Source: Macrostomum hystrix (Eukaryota; Animalia; Platyhelminthes). Taken from it: a stretch of DNA of 64,000 nucleotides. Location of the stretch: contig CATNEN010000039.1 in NCBI GenBank assembly GCA_950097015.1, positions 19,778,001 to 19,842,000 on the forward strand, read 5' to 3'. Shown here one piece after another: positions 37,450-45,400 of this stretch (its first letter is position 1; each line of letters begins with the position of its first letter). The position numbers and the translations under genes are program-made. The notes beneath the pieces are model-generated. The model searched no databases, was not told the DNA's origin, and was given only the letters and a program-made list of their open reading frames with translations.

Positions 37450-40400
37450 CTGTTTCTGGCGCTAACCGGTGGCATCCTCAAAAAAGCCCCTAGGCTTGAA
37501 GATGACGCCACGCGTGGCGCTTAGTATAGCATCCAGCAGGCCGATCTCGAATTAATTCAGCTGTGTCAATAGTCCGGCGATGATAGTATAGGACACAAAT
37601 TTATTGTTCTACACAGAACAGATTCTAGATGTCTGGACCAGAGGTGAAGTTTTAATGAAGACAATTATGTCTGCGCTTGCGTGTCACCCGGCGGGTTCTA
37701 TCTCTGGTCTCTGTGTCTCCTCGCCTCTTTCCTGCTCTGACTAGCAAAGTAGATCCGGCGCGTTTTTTGGGGGACAAACCGATATAAGGCGAGGAGGTGG
37801 CGAGGACGAGAGTTAGGGCAAAATTTGGGGAGGTTGGCGCTGAGGGGTACTGTTGCGGAGGACGAGAAAGAGGTGGCTGGGTGAGGGGAACTATAAGTCC
37901 GGTCCCACAACTGAAAGCTTGGCTGGTTGGCTGTAGTTGGTCCTCACTCACATTATCCCCTCTGCAGAACTCCCCTAAGTAGAAAAAAAATTAAAGGCGC
38001 AGAAAGCTTTGAGAGAGGAGGAGACAGAGAGACGGAGAGAGGGGAGAAGGTCCGGACCCCACCTCGTGTTGTTTCACCCAATGGTCTTTCGGTCGTCGAC
38101 CCTTCTTTTCCAAACTATACATCCCCGGTATCGTCACTGCCCAGCCTACTGCGGGAATAAGAGCGATTGGAGGATGAGGTGGCTGTGGAGCTGCTAGAGA
38201 GAAATGCAATAGGCTAGATAGGCGCGGTACTCTTAAGGAATGCGAACGGAACACGCTCCCAATGAGACTAAGGGAAGTGAGCGCGTGGAGTGGGTGTGAT
38301 GGCGGAGGTGGCTGTCGTTGGGGAGTGGGGCGGGATAGGAGGCAGCGGGGCTTAGGGTTAGTTTCTATGCGAAAAGTCCAGCCAGCCGACCCACCGGCTG
38401 CCTATAGCTCATAGCTTGGCTATCTGCACTGGAATGCCAGAGAAACAGAGAGAGAGTTTGTGTGTAAAAGAACTACACAGCTACAGTTCTTCTGTCTAAA
38501 CTATTCTCGGATACAGTTCTAGGGGAGTCGTGTACAGCAGCAGCAGCCGGCAGGCAGGCAGTTGGTTTTTCAGGCCTGGTATTTAGTTTAGACAAAAACA
38601 AGTGCAAAGTCTGTTAAACTAATGGCTTTGGTCTGTTTGCTTGAGTCGCATTCCAAATTGCAGGCAAGAACTGCTTGATGATTAAATCGAGGTTGAAGAA
38701 GGGAGACAGAAAGAAGAAGAAGAAGTATTGGGATAAATAGGAGATGGCATAGGAAGGTGTTGACAATGAGCTAATGATGGGATTTTGGCATGCATGCGAA
38801 AGTGACAGTCATCTTGGCTAACGCAGGCAGTACAGGAAATGCAGGAAAGCTTGGTGTAACAAAATTGCACTGACGGGTGAAAGAGTTAAGATGTTGTAGA
38901 AGGGAGTTCCAGTGCTTAGGAAGTTAAGAGCCTCCTAAATTCACTGAGTTAGACAGGAAGAGATCGAGTAGGAATAGAAGACTAGAGGTGATAGACGGGG
39001 ATAGGTCGAAGCAGTGAAACTAAGGACAGGGCGAGACACTCGGAGAGAGACAAGACAGGGAGATAGAGACAAGTGAGAGAGACAGGGGAGAGAGACAGGT
39101 GAGAGAGACAGGTGAGAGAGACAGGTGAGAGAGACAAGTGAGAGAGACAGGGGAGAGAGACAGGTGAGAGAGACAGGTGAGAGAGACAGGTGGGAGAGAC
39201 AGGGGAGAGAGATAGGTGGAAAAGACAGGGGAGAGAGACAGGTGAGAGAGACAGGTGAGAGAGACAGGGGAGAGAGACAGGGGAGAGAGACATGGGAGAG
39301 AGACAGGTGAGAGAGACAGGTGAGAGAGACAGGGGAGAGAGACAGGGGAGAGAGACATGGGAGAGAGACAGGTGAGAGAGACAGGTGAGAGAGACAGGGG
39401 AGAGAGACAGGGGAGAGAGACAGGGGAGAGAGACAGGTGAGAGAGACAGGGGAGAGGGACAGGGGAGAGAGACAGGGGAGAGAGACATGGGAGAGAGACA
39501 GGGGAGAGAGACAGGTGAGAGAGACAGGGGAGAGAGACAGGTGAGAGAGACAGGGGAGAGGGACAGGGGAGAGAGACAGGGGAGAGAGACATGGGAGAGA
39601 GACAGGTGAGAGAGACAGGTGAGAGAGACAGGTGAGAGAGACAGGTGAGAGAGACAGGTGAGAGAGACAGGTGAGAGAGACAGGGGAGAGAGACAGGTGA
39701 GAGAGACAGGTGAGAGAGACAGGTGAGAGAGACAGGTGAGAGAGACAGGTGAGAGAGACAGGTGAGAGAGACAGGTGAGAGAGACAGGGGAGAGAGACAG
39801 GTGAGAGAGACAGGTGAGAGAGACAGGGGAGAGAGACAGGTGAGAGAGACAGGGGAGAGGGACGGGGGAGAGAGACGGGAGAGAAGACAGGGGAGAGAGA
39901 CGGGAGAGAAGACAGGGAGGATGAGACAGTGAGTGAGGCAGGCACGGAGGCAGGTAGGGAGGCAGGGATGGAGAAGGAGAGAATGAGATGCAGGAGACTA
40001 GTTGGGAAGTGAACGGGAGGGTAAAGTGGAGTAGTGCGGAGTACGGGGTGTGTGAGAAAAGGAAAACGGTTGAAGAGACATAAATAGGCAACAAGTTCCA
40101 ATGGCAAGGCTTGAATTTGGTTAAATTTTTCGCGCCTAGAACTTTTTCCCAGGTTTTAAATGTTTTTTTGGTAGTTCTTTACGTGGCCATGAAAACCCTT
40201 CTTCTATAGGAAGTGTTCTGTATGCTGTGCTCCTGCTTTAGTTGTTTAGTAATTAGACGAATGAGCAACCCCTCCTTCTCTCATCTCTCTACCCCTCTAT
40301 ACCACACTCTTCATTCTCTTTCCCTCTCTCGCCCCTCTCTCACACTCTACCTCTCTCCCTCTCTCTCCCCTCTCTCACACTCTACCTCTCTCCCTCTCTC

Positions 40401-43400
40401 GCCCCTCTCTCACACTCTACCTCTCTCCCCTCTCTCACACTCTACCTCTCTCCCTCTCTCGCCCCTCTCTCACACTCCACCTCTCTCCCTCTCTCACACT
40501 CTACCTCTCTCCCTCTCTCGCCCCTCTCTCACACTCTACCTCTCTCCCCTCTCTAACACTCTACCTCTCTCCCTCTCTCGCCCCTCTCTCACACTCTACC
40601 TCTCTCCCTCTCTCGCCCCTCTCTCACACTCTACCTCTCTCCCTCTCTCTCCCCTCTCTCACACTCTACCTCTCTCCCCTCTCTCACACTCTACCTCTCT
40701 CCCTCTCTCGCCCCTCTCTCACACTCTACCTCTCTCCCTCTCTCGCCCCTCTCTCACACTCTACCTCTCTCCCCTCTCTCACACTCTACCTCTCTCCCCT
40801 CTCTCACACTCTACCTCTCTCCCTCTCTCATTCACCCTCTCACACACTCTACCTGTCTCAACCTTGCCCTCGCCTCCTTCGACTCTCTCTCACCCTCCGT
40901 CATCAATTCCATTCGCAGATTTTTCAAAGCAACTTTTCATCCCTAAAATTCCCCTCCCCAAAAAAGCCCGGCCTATAGAGTGACACTATAACCCAATTAT
41001 CTGAACAGATGTCTAGTCTAAACCTTCCGCATAGTATAGGCAGAAAGTTTAAGGCGTCACCGTATCTCTTGCGAACTGATGAGGACCAGCTATCCCAGAT
41101 GTCCCAGACTCCAGCCCTCGTCGTTTGCACTCCAACTCCTCACTTTGGGATCTCATTCCTCGCAATTGCTCAGCCTCTAAACCTCCTATCCGCACGGACC
41201 AATCAGCGTTTGTCCAAACCATCTCGTCTCCACTCCTATCTCTCATTCCTCTCCAGCTTCTCCCTGTCTTCTCTACCCAAACTGCAGCTTCTCTCCACAA
41301 CGTCCTTTTCCTCTTCTAGGAGATCGACTCTCGTATGACCGAGACACGCACACACACACACCAGCAGTCAGCGTATGCGGATATCGAGGGCCGAAAAATC
41401 TTCTTCTTTTCGGCTATTTCTCTCTCTCCTGCCCTGCCTCCTTCAATAGCCAAAACCCTATTCGCCGACAAACTGATGGAAATCTGTCTCAAGCAAGACT
41501 CTGAAGAGCAAAAGAAGGGATGGCAGAAGTCGCTTCTATAAAAAGTGCATTCGGTAGAGACTGCTCCGCGTCAAATTTTCGCCACTTTTCATTCATCACT
41601 TGGCTTTTGTCACCCCCCATCCAAATTCTCCCAAGAGCTGATATTTAAACAATTCAAGTTGTTTTCTTAGAAACCACTGCTTTATGGCAATTGTGAGGAG
41701 GTAATGATTTTCGAATCCAGCCCTGACCCCACCCTAGAACCGACAGGAAGTGGTTAGTAATTGTTTTTTTTCAAACGCATTTTCCGACGTCAAAATGTAT
41801 TTTTCCGGCTATCACTTGTGACGGCCGGAAGTGAGAAAAACGTGCTTTTGAAATGTCAGACAATTTTTTCAACTGACCCCGCACCCCTCTGAATTCCATT
41901 CAGCTTACTGAAGGCTTATCGTTCGCCATAGAAGTTATCAACTTGTTTTGGCATAAGGACGATTTAACTCTGTGCTCACAAATCGTCATTGACGAGTTAT
42001 GCGAGAGTTCGGAAGCACTTTTATGATGCTAAAAATTCTCACTGCTTTTCTAACTTTACTCATTTGAACACAAATATCTGCGTCACTACTGAGTACTCTA
42101 CTTGTAGTAGGACGTGCAACATATAACTTTAACACTAATAATATCATTTTAACAAAGGGGGGTGAGTTGCACCAGGGTCCCTGAGCTCGATTCCGTGGCG
42201 AGGCCACATTTATTTGGGTCGCAGCCGCGGAGAGAAGGCTTGGGGGGCTTGTCGTGCAATTTACGCCCTTGAGTGCCAACCTCCAAGGCACAGTGAAAAT
42301 GTACACTGCCTGACGATGAGAAAGTCAGGGCAGATGTACACACCAGTGTGAGCGTATGCGTGCGTACAGTATCTGTGTGCGAGTGTGCTCAGGAGTCAGC
42401 GAAATGGGCAGAATTGCCTCCTCGCTGGCTGCGGGTCTAGTGTCACCAAATGATGTGCCATTGGCTACAGCCCTCTTGCTGTTATTACTATAATTAATAT
42501 CATATAAACAAAATCAATATAAATTCCAAATGAAATGCTCTTAATCATAGTAATGTTCAGGAGAACTATACAGACTTCAAAAAACTGATTTTTGCATACA
42601 TGTTGGGTCCATATTTGGTTATATTTAATGCTGCAAAGTACGAGTAGGAAAAACCTTTTTTTCACTAAAGAAGCGATGGCACATCATTTTCGTGACACTA
42701 GACCCACAGCCAGCGAGGAGGCAATTCTGCCCATTTCGCTGACTCCTGAGCACAAACGCACACAGATACTGTACTCAGGCACACGCTCACACTGGTGTGT
42801 ACATCTGCCCTGACTTTCTCATCGTCAGGCAGTGAATACTCTCATTGTGCCTTGGAGGTTGGCCCTCAAGGGCGTAAATTGTACGACAAGCCCCCAAGCC
42901 TTCTCTCCGCGGCTGCCGGCTGCGACCCAAATAAATGTGGCCTCGCCACGGAATCGAGCTCAGGGAACTTGGTGCGAATTTTAGAAGGTTCGAATGTTCG
43001 ACAAGTATACTCAGCAACAGCTAAACCCCCCCCCCAACTCACGCTGTCACACGGCCCAAAAGTTTTGTATGCCATCGGTGACTCAGAAATGTGTGAAATG
43101 GCTGGCATCGCACTGAATGGCAAAACAGAGCTTGTCATTCTGGAGCAGAATGTAACTGGGCAGCCCTATGCAGAGCTGCTACAGCAGCAGTTTCTGCCAT
43201 TTGCTACGACAACCTTTGGCGGCCCGCAGAACTGCATGCTTCAAGACGACAACGCTGCGCCACATCGAGCAGCACACGTGCAGCTGCTGAAGGAGCAGCT
43301 CGGCATTCGCACATTGAACTGGCCGTCAAAGTCTCCAGACATGAACCCCATCGAGCATGTCTGGGACTTTGTAAAGCGAAGAGTTCAGCAGGATGCCCCA

Positions 43401-45229
43401 CAGAATGCTGAACAGTTGCGACTGGCGGTGCTGGATGCCTGGCAGCAGCTGCCCCAAGAGTTCATCAACCGGCTGGTGATCAGGATGCCACGACGAGTCA
43501 CGGCACTTTTGCATGCTCGTGGTTCCTACACACGATGCTGAGACTAGAATTAAAGACATTGCTTAGACAGCGTGAGTTGGGGGGGTTTAGCTGTTGCTGA
43601 GTATTTTAAAGTCTGCTATCAGCCAGAATCTAAAGCGGATTTTAAACAATCATTCGACTGTGTAAGTAGTTTGCGTCGCTCAATTTTGCTAAACCGTTAG
43701 AAGTGCATATGCACTGAGAGGGGGTCACTCATTTCTCTGGCTGTCTGTTCTGACAGACGCACACAGAGATGAAGCTGGCAGCTCTCGGACTCATTAATCT
43801 GATGGTCTAGTGGATCTAGCGGTGAAGAAATTATTCATCTAGAAAGCTTCGAAGATTCTTATCGTCTCGGATAATTCAGTCTACGAATGAAGAACGAAGA
43901 ATTAAAGAGTTCTTCATGTGGAAACCCGCCGCCTTTGGCGACCCATTCAGAAAATGAAATTGATACCGCCTCCTCCACCCAGAGGACTATTTGCGTCGGG
44001 CCTGTTTCATACAGCTCAAATCTGAAGTGAATGTGCCGTCTGGCATTGTTAGTCCGTCAAACAGAAAGATTGCCAGCTATTATATTATATTTCTATGCAG
44101 TTCAGGTTTAACCTCTACAAATGGATGACAGTTGTAACTAGTTAAATTGAACTTCTGATTTAAACTTGTGAATAGGGGGGGCGAGTGTCAGAGCGGTTAA
44201 CGCTACAAGACAGGGGGAAATATTAGACAGGGGTGAGATAAGACAGGGAGAGGGATGAGACAGGGGAATAGATGTGACAGGGGAATAGATGAGACAGGGG
44301 TGAGATGAGACAGGGGTGAGATGAGACAGGGGTGAGATGAGTCAGGGGAATAGATGAGACAGGGGAATAGATGAGACAGGGGTGAGATGAGACAGGGGTG
44401 AGATGAGACAGGGTAGAGATGAGACAGGGGTGAGATGAGACAGGGGTGAGATGAGACAGGGGTGAGATGAGTCAGGGGAATAGATGAGACAGGGGAATAG
44501 ATGAGACAGGGGTGAGATGAGACAGGGGTGAGATGAGACAGGGTAGAGATGAGACAGGGGAATAGATGAGACAGGGGTGAGATGAGACAGGGTAGAGATG
44601 AGACAGGGGTGAGATGAGACAGGGGTGAGATGAGACAGGGGTGAGATGAGTCAGGGGAATAGATGAGACAGGGTAGAGATGAGACAGGGGTGAGATGAGA
44701 CAGGGGTGAGATGAGACAGGGGTGAGATGAGACAGGGGTGAGATGAGTCAGGGGAATAGATGAGACAGGGGACTAGATGAGACAGGGGTGAGATGAGACA
44801 GGGGTGAGATGAGACAGGGTAGAGATGAGACAGGGGAATAGATGAGACAGGGGTGAGATGAGACAGGGTAGAGATGAGAGATGTTAAATTTTCGCTATTT
44901 GCCGTTTTGCTTGATTGTTTGAGACCAGTGTTATTGATTCACTAAGATGTGCTACTAGACACAATGACACCCAGTGAAACTCACTCCGGGTAGGCTCGAA
45001 CATTTTTTAGCTGCGTCTGCAGCAGCGCGCAGGTCCTGAGGTCGCTAGTGTTGACTGCTCGTCGGCGAAACACCTTCCTGCCTGCGAATCGGTCCTCAGC
45101 GCCACCATAGGCGCCGCCACCGCCGAATTCATTGGCAGCATAGCTTGACGCCGCAGCCACTGCCGAGGCACGCTGGAGGCCTCCCAGCATGGTGGCAACT
45201 CCGGTTGCGTCCGAGTGTCGCATCGTCAT
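1394..45229 (-). CDS. cac: Voltage-gated calcium channel Cav2 alpha1 subunit (cacophony/UNC-2/CACNA1A-B-E orthologue); multi-exon gene, 3' end continues beyond window start
   Basis: About 30 phase-consistent exons give four 6-TM repeats and pore loops TMEGW/TGEDW/TGEGW/TGESW (EEEE). AID is [18 protein letters not shown]. The C-terminus has [14 protein letters not shown]-hand and IQ-like [12 protein letters not shown], which is Cav2-type rather than Cav1-type. Confidence 0.97.
1672..2310 (+). mobile_element. Third foldback/MITE copy with internal GC-rich hairpin
   Basis: Ends homologous to 9341-9811; internal inverted repeat at 1954-2158. Confidence 0.65.
2353..3247 (-). CDS. cac: Cav2 large exon IVS4-S6, P-loop IV, EF-hand, pre-IQ
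   Basis: 895 nt; [37 protein letters not shown]; CAG/GTAAGG. Confidence 0.97.
3314..3603. repeat. CCGATAC/GTATCG-rich DNA-transposon-like relic
   Basis: Many direct and inverted CCGATAC motifs, ending ...GTGCCCAACACTG. Confidence 0.5.
3605..3737 (-). mobile_element. SINE 3' fragment; further diverged fragments lie near 9150-9210, 10320-10432, 26455-26545, 28183-28365 and 44176-44203
   Basis: Shared CACTAGACCC...GACTCCTGAGCAC...TGTACATCTGCC motifs. Confidence 0.7.
3838..3921 (-). CDS. cac: Cav2 exon IVS3 ([28 protein letters not shown])
   Basis: CAG/GTAAGG. Confidence 0.95.
4995..5150 (-). CDS. cac: Cav2 mutually exclusive exon IVS1-S2-b ([52 protein letters not shown])
   Basis: CAG/GTGAAG, 156 nt, phase 0-0. 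Confidence 0.9.
6122..6232 (-). CDS. cac: Cav2 mutually exclusive exon IVS1-S2-a ([37 protein letters not shown])
   Basis: TTTCAG/GTAAGG, 111 nt, phase 0-0. Confidence 0.9.
6723..6887 (-). CDS. cac: Cav2 exon III-IV linker/IVS1 ([18 protein letters not shown]...[19 protein letters not shown])
   Basis: CAG/GTAGGC. Confidence 0.96.
6980..7181 (-). CDS. cac: Cav2 exon IIIS6 (...[32 protein letters not shown])
   Basis: CAG/GTTAGT. Confidence 0.96.
7797..7940 (-). CDS. cac: Cav2 exon domain III P-loop (GYYFHY...[23 protein letters not shown])
   Basis: TAG/GTAAAC; filter glutamate of domain III. Confidence 0.95.
8036..8721. mobile_element. hAT(Charlie)-like TIR element enclosing a 16-bp minisatellite
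   Basis: CAGGGGTCGGGAAC...GTTGCCGACCCCTG (13/14 inverted match); no 8-bp TSD visible. Confidence 0.55.
8076..8642. repeat. Minisatellite, 16-bp unit GAGATGAGACAGGGAA
   Basis: ~35 tandem copies. Confidence 0.95.
9341..9811 (+). mobile_element. Foldback/MITE-like repeat with long degenerate inverted arms
   Basis: Arms of ~170 bp are degenerate reverse complements; homologous to 10437-10945 (inverted) and 1672-2310. Confidence 0.72.
9963..10123 (-). CDS. cac: Cav2 exon IIIS5 ([53 protein letters not shown])
   Basis: CAG/GTGAGT. Confidence 0.95.
10437..10945 (-). mobile_element. Second copy of the foldback/MITE family
   Basis: Reverse-complement homolog of 9341-9811 (the ORF track shows the shared [14 protein letters not shown] pseudo-translation). 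Confidence 0.75.
10996..11104 (-). CDS. cac: Cav2 exon IIIS4 ([36 protein letters not shown])
   Basis: CAG/GTGCGG. Confidence 0.95.
14265..14294 (-). CDS. cac: Candidate 30-nt cassette microexon in IIIS3-S4 linker (SSTPKAATV)
   Basis: Pyrimidine/CA-rich tract plus CAG, GTAAGT donor, 30 nt symmetric phase 2-2, open frame. Confidence 0.62.
15710..15816 (-). CDS. cac: Cav2 exon IIIS3 ([35 protein letters not shown])
   Basis: CAG/GTGAGT. Confidence 0.95.
15971..16166 (-). CDS. cac: Cav2 exon IIIS1-S2 ([35 protein letters not shown]...FTVEMLLK)
   Basis: CAG/GTGTGA. Confidence 0.95.
16235..16611 (-). mobile_element. tRNA-derived SINE, full length
   Basis: Head GGGGTCGGTGGCAGAGCGG (A box)...GTTCGATTCC (B box); (ATT)n tail; many copies in the window. 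Confidence 0.88.
17612..17890 (-). CDS. cac: Cav2 II-III linker exon (...[18 protein letters not shown])
   Basis: CAG/GTTAGT; conserved PYSSMF. Confidence 0.92.
17941..20302. repeat. Minisatellite, 22-bp unit CAACCTGAGTGTCTGTA(G/T)TTA(C/T)
   Basis: ~107 copies. Confidence 0.97.
20390..20508 (-). CDS. cac: Cav2 II-III linker exon ([39 protein letters not shown])
   Basis: TAG/GTGAGT; phase 0-2, which is exactly what is needed to join the flanking exons. Confidence 0.82.
21385..21485 (-). CDS. cac: Cav2 exon IIS6 end ([34 protein letters not shown])
   Basis: U12 acceptor, GTGAGT donor. Confidence 0.96.
21486..21993 (-). other. U12-type GT-AG intron (shared U12 acceptor for both II P/S6 exons)
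   Basis: GTATCCTT donor, branch point TTTTCCTTAAC (core 21533-21541), no pyrimidine tract, TAG acceptor. Confidence 0.92.
21994..22111 (-). CDS. cac: Cav2 mutually exclusive exon II P-loop/S6-b ([39 protein letters not shown])
   Basis: CAG acceptor, U12 donor T|GTATCCTTA, canonical sequence. Confidence 0.93.
22685..22808 (-). CDS. cac: Cav2 mutually exclusive exon II P-loop/S6-a ([41 protein letters not shown])
   Basis: CAG acceptor, U12 donor T|GTATCCTTT, phase 0-1, intact frame. Confidence 0.88.
22949..23021 (-). CDS. cac: Cav2 exon domain II turret/P1 ([24 protein letters not shown])
   Basis: CAG/GTAAGT. Confidence 0.95.
23147..23278 (-). CDS. cac: Cav2 exon IIS5 ([43 protein letters not shown])
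   Basis: CAG/GTAAGT. Confidence 0.96.
23816..23928 (-). CDS. cac: Cav2 mutually exclusive exon IIS3-S4-b ([38 protein letters not shown])
   Basis: CAG/GTCAGT; 113 nt, same phases as its paralog. Confidence 0.9.
25722..25834 (-). CDS. cac: Cav2 mutually exclusive exon IIS3-S4-a ([38 protein letters not shown]), GC donor
   Basis: TTCCAG acceptor; AG|GCAAGT non-canonical GC donor; 113 nt. Confidence 0.9.
26063..26175 (-). CDS. cac: Cav2 exon IIS2-S3 ([37 protein letters not shown])
   Basis: CAG/GTAAGT. Confidence 0.95.
26692..26904 (-). CDS. cac: Cav2 exon IIS1 (...[47 protein letters not shown])
   Basis: TAG/GTAAGC, phase 1-1. Confidence 0.93.
27622..27732 (-). CDS. cac: Cav2 I-II linker exon ([37 protein letters not shown])
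   Basis: Pyrimidine tract plus AAG acceptor, GTGAGT donor, open frame, phase 1-1. Confidence 0.8.
27863..28038 (-). CDS. cac: Cav2 exon I-II linker with AID ([40 protein letters not shown]...)
   Basis: CAG/GTGAGA; beta-subunit-binding AID consensus. Confidence 0.96.
28762..28871 (-). CDS. cac: Cav2 exon IS6 ([37 protein letters not shown])
   Basis: CAG/GTAAGC, phase 0-2. Confidence 0.95.
28991..29226 (-). CDS. cac: Cav2 exon domain I turret/P-loop (...[34 protein letters not shown])
   Basis: CAG/GTAAGT; filter glutamate of domain I. Confidence 0.95.
29575..29920 (+). mobile_element. SINE copy (same family)
   Basis: High identity to 16235-16611; (ATT)n tail. Confidence 0.85.
30197..30343 (-). 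CDS. cac: Cav2 exon IS5 ([48 protein letters not shown])
   Basis: CAG/GTAAGC, phase 1-1. Confidence 0.95.
31150..32183. repeat. Minisatellite, 26-bp unit AATGAATCACATTCAAGATGGAGTGG
   Basis: ~40 copies. Confidence 0.97.
32377..32477 (-). CDS. cac: Cav2 mutually exclusive exon IS4-b ([34 protein letters not shown])
   Basis: TTTCAG/GTACGG, phase 2-1, canonical Cav2 IS4. Confidence 0.93.
33321..33412 (-). CDS. cac: Cav2 mutually exclusive exon IS4-a ([31 protein letters not shown])
   Basis: TTTCAG/GTAAGT, phase 2-1, S4 basic repeat. Confidence 0.88.
33566..34128. repeat. Composite minisatellite (GAGCGAATCATTCGACAGATTTCTAATC-based, 28-bp and longer units)
   Basis: Tandem variants. Confidence 0.9.
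34985..35124 (-). CDS. cac: Cav2 exon IS2-IS3 ([47 protein letters not shown])
   Basis: CAG/GTAAGT, phase 0-2. Confidence 0.95.
35200..36412. repeat. Minisatellite, 41-bp unit CATCCTTCAACGAGACACTCAGGACATTAAGCTACATTGAG
   Basis: ~29 copies. Confidence 0.97.
36560..36665 (-). CDS. cac: Cav2 exon IS1 ([35 protein letters not shown])
   Basis: AC acceptor, GTAAGT donor, conserved sequence. Confidence 0.95.
36666..36941 (-). other. U12-type AT-AC intron
   Basis: 5' ATATCCTTT, branch point TTCCTTAAC (36705-36713), 3' GTAC|G; splicing restores IIEWG/PFEY. Confidence 0.93.
36942..37187 (-). CDS. cac: Cav2 exon: N-terminus/pre-IS1 (MATLTVDGG...[22 protein letters not shown])
   Basis: Conserved pre-IS1 sequence; ends at U12 donor GG|ATATCCTTT. 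The 5' boundary is uncertain: phase-2 acceptors give exon starts at 37187 or 37244, and it may also act as an alternative first exon. Confidence 0.9.
37331..37448. repeat. (CTG)n/(CAG)n trinucleotide tract upstream of the second coding exon
   Basis: ~16 pure CTG plus interrupted flanks. Confidence 0.9.
39045..39930. repeat. Minisatellite, 13-bp unit GACAGG(T/G)GAGAGA
   Basis: Purine-rich tandem array. Confidence 0.95.
40310..40850. repeat. Pyrimidine-rich minisatellite (CTCTCTCACACTCTACCTCTCTCC...)
   Basis: Tandem array. Confidence 0.93.
42157..42495 (+). mobile_element. SINE copy (head partly deleted)
   Basis: High identity to the family. Confidence 0.85.
42672..42975 (-). mobile_element. 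SINE copy, inverted relative to 42157-42495
   Basis: High identity to the family. Confidence 0.85.
43010..43601 (+). mobile_element. Tc1/mariner (DD34E) non-autonomous deletion derivative
   Basis: ~40-bp TIRs (CTCAGCAACAGCTAAACCCCC..AACTCACGCTGTC) flanked by TA on both sides. The transposase C-terminal half has QDDNAAPH...[12 protein letters not shown] with 34 residues between D and E. Confidence 0.93.
44205..44880. repeat. Minisatellite, 16-17-bp unit GAGATGAGACAGGGGT (related to 8076-8642)
   Basis: Tandem array. Confidence 0.95.
44985..45229 (-). CDS. cac: Cav2 first coding exon (N-terminus [17 protein letters not shown]...[21 protein letters not shown]...YP)
   Basis: Acceptor TTGCAG with exon start at 45379; in-frame TAG upstream of the ATG; donor GA|GTGAGT (phase 2). 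The RRRAVxTSD..CAL.QT.LK motif resembles the N-terminus of arthropod Cav2 as I recall it. Confidence 0.75.
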
Positions 45230-45400
45230 CGCTGCCCAGCCGTCGACCAACCGGTGGTCGCTGCCGCTGCCCCGGACTCTGACGCGTTCGCCGTTTTTGT
45301 ATAAGTCGACGCTCCTAGCGGCGAGTTCGCTGAGACGCCCCGCTCAACTGGCGTCCTGGTCAGAACTGAGGCCAGGAGCCTGCAATGAGACATAAGATGT

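Noticed and set aside
37317-37524. PolyQ/polyA/polyS coding tract like the CACNA1A SCA6 repeat
   Set aside because: Bounded by stops and not joinable in frame to the downstream exon; it is also at the wrong end of the gene.
38941-40983. Leu/Ser/Pro-rich 250-390 aa ORFs
   Set aside because: Low-complexity GA/CT satellites; the same applies to 50879-51844 and 60178-60893.
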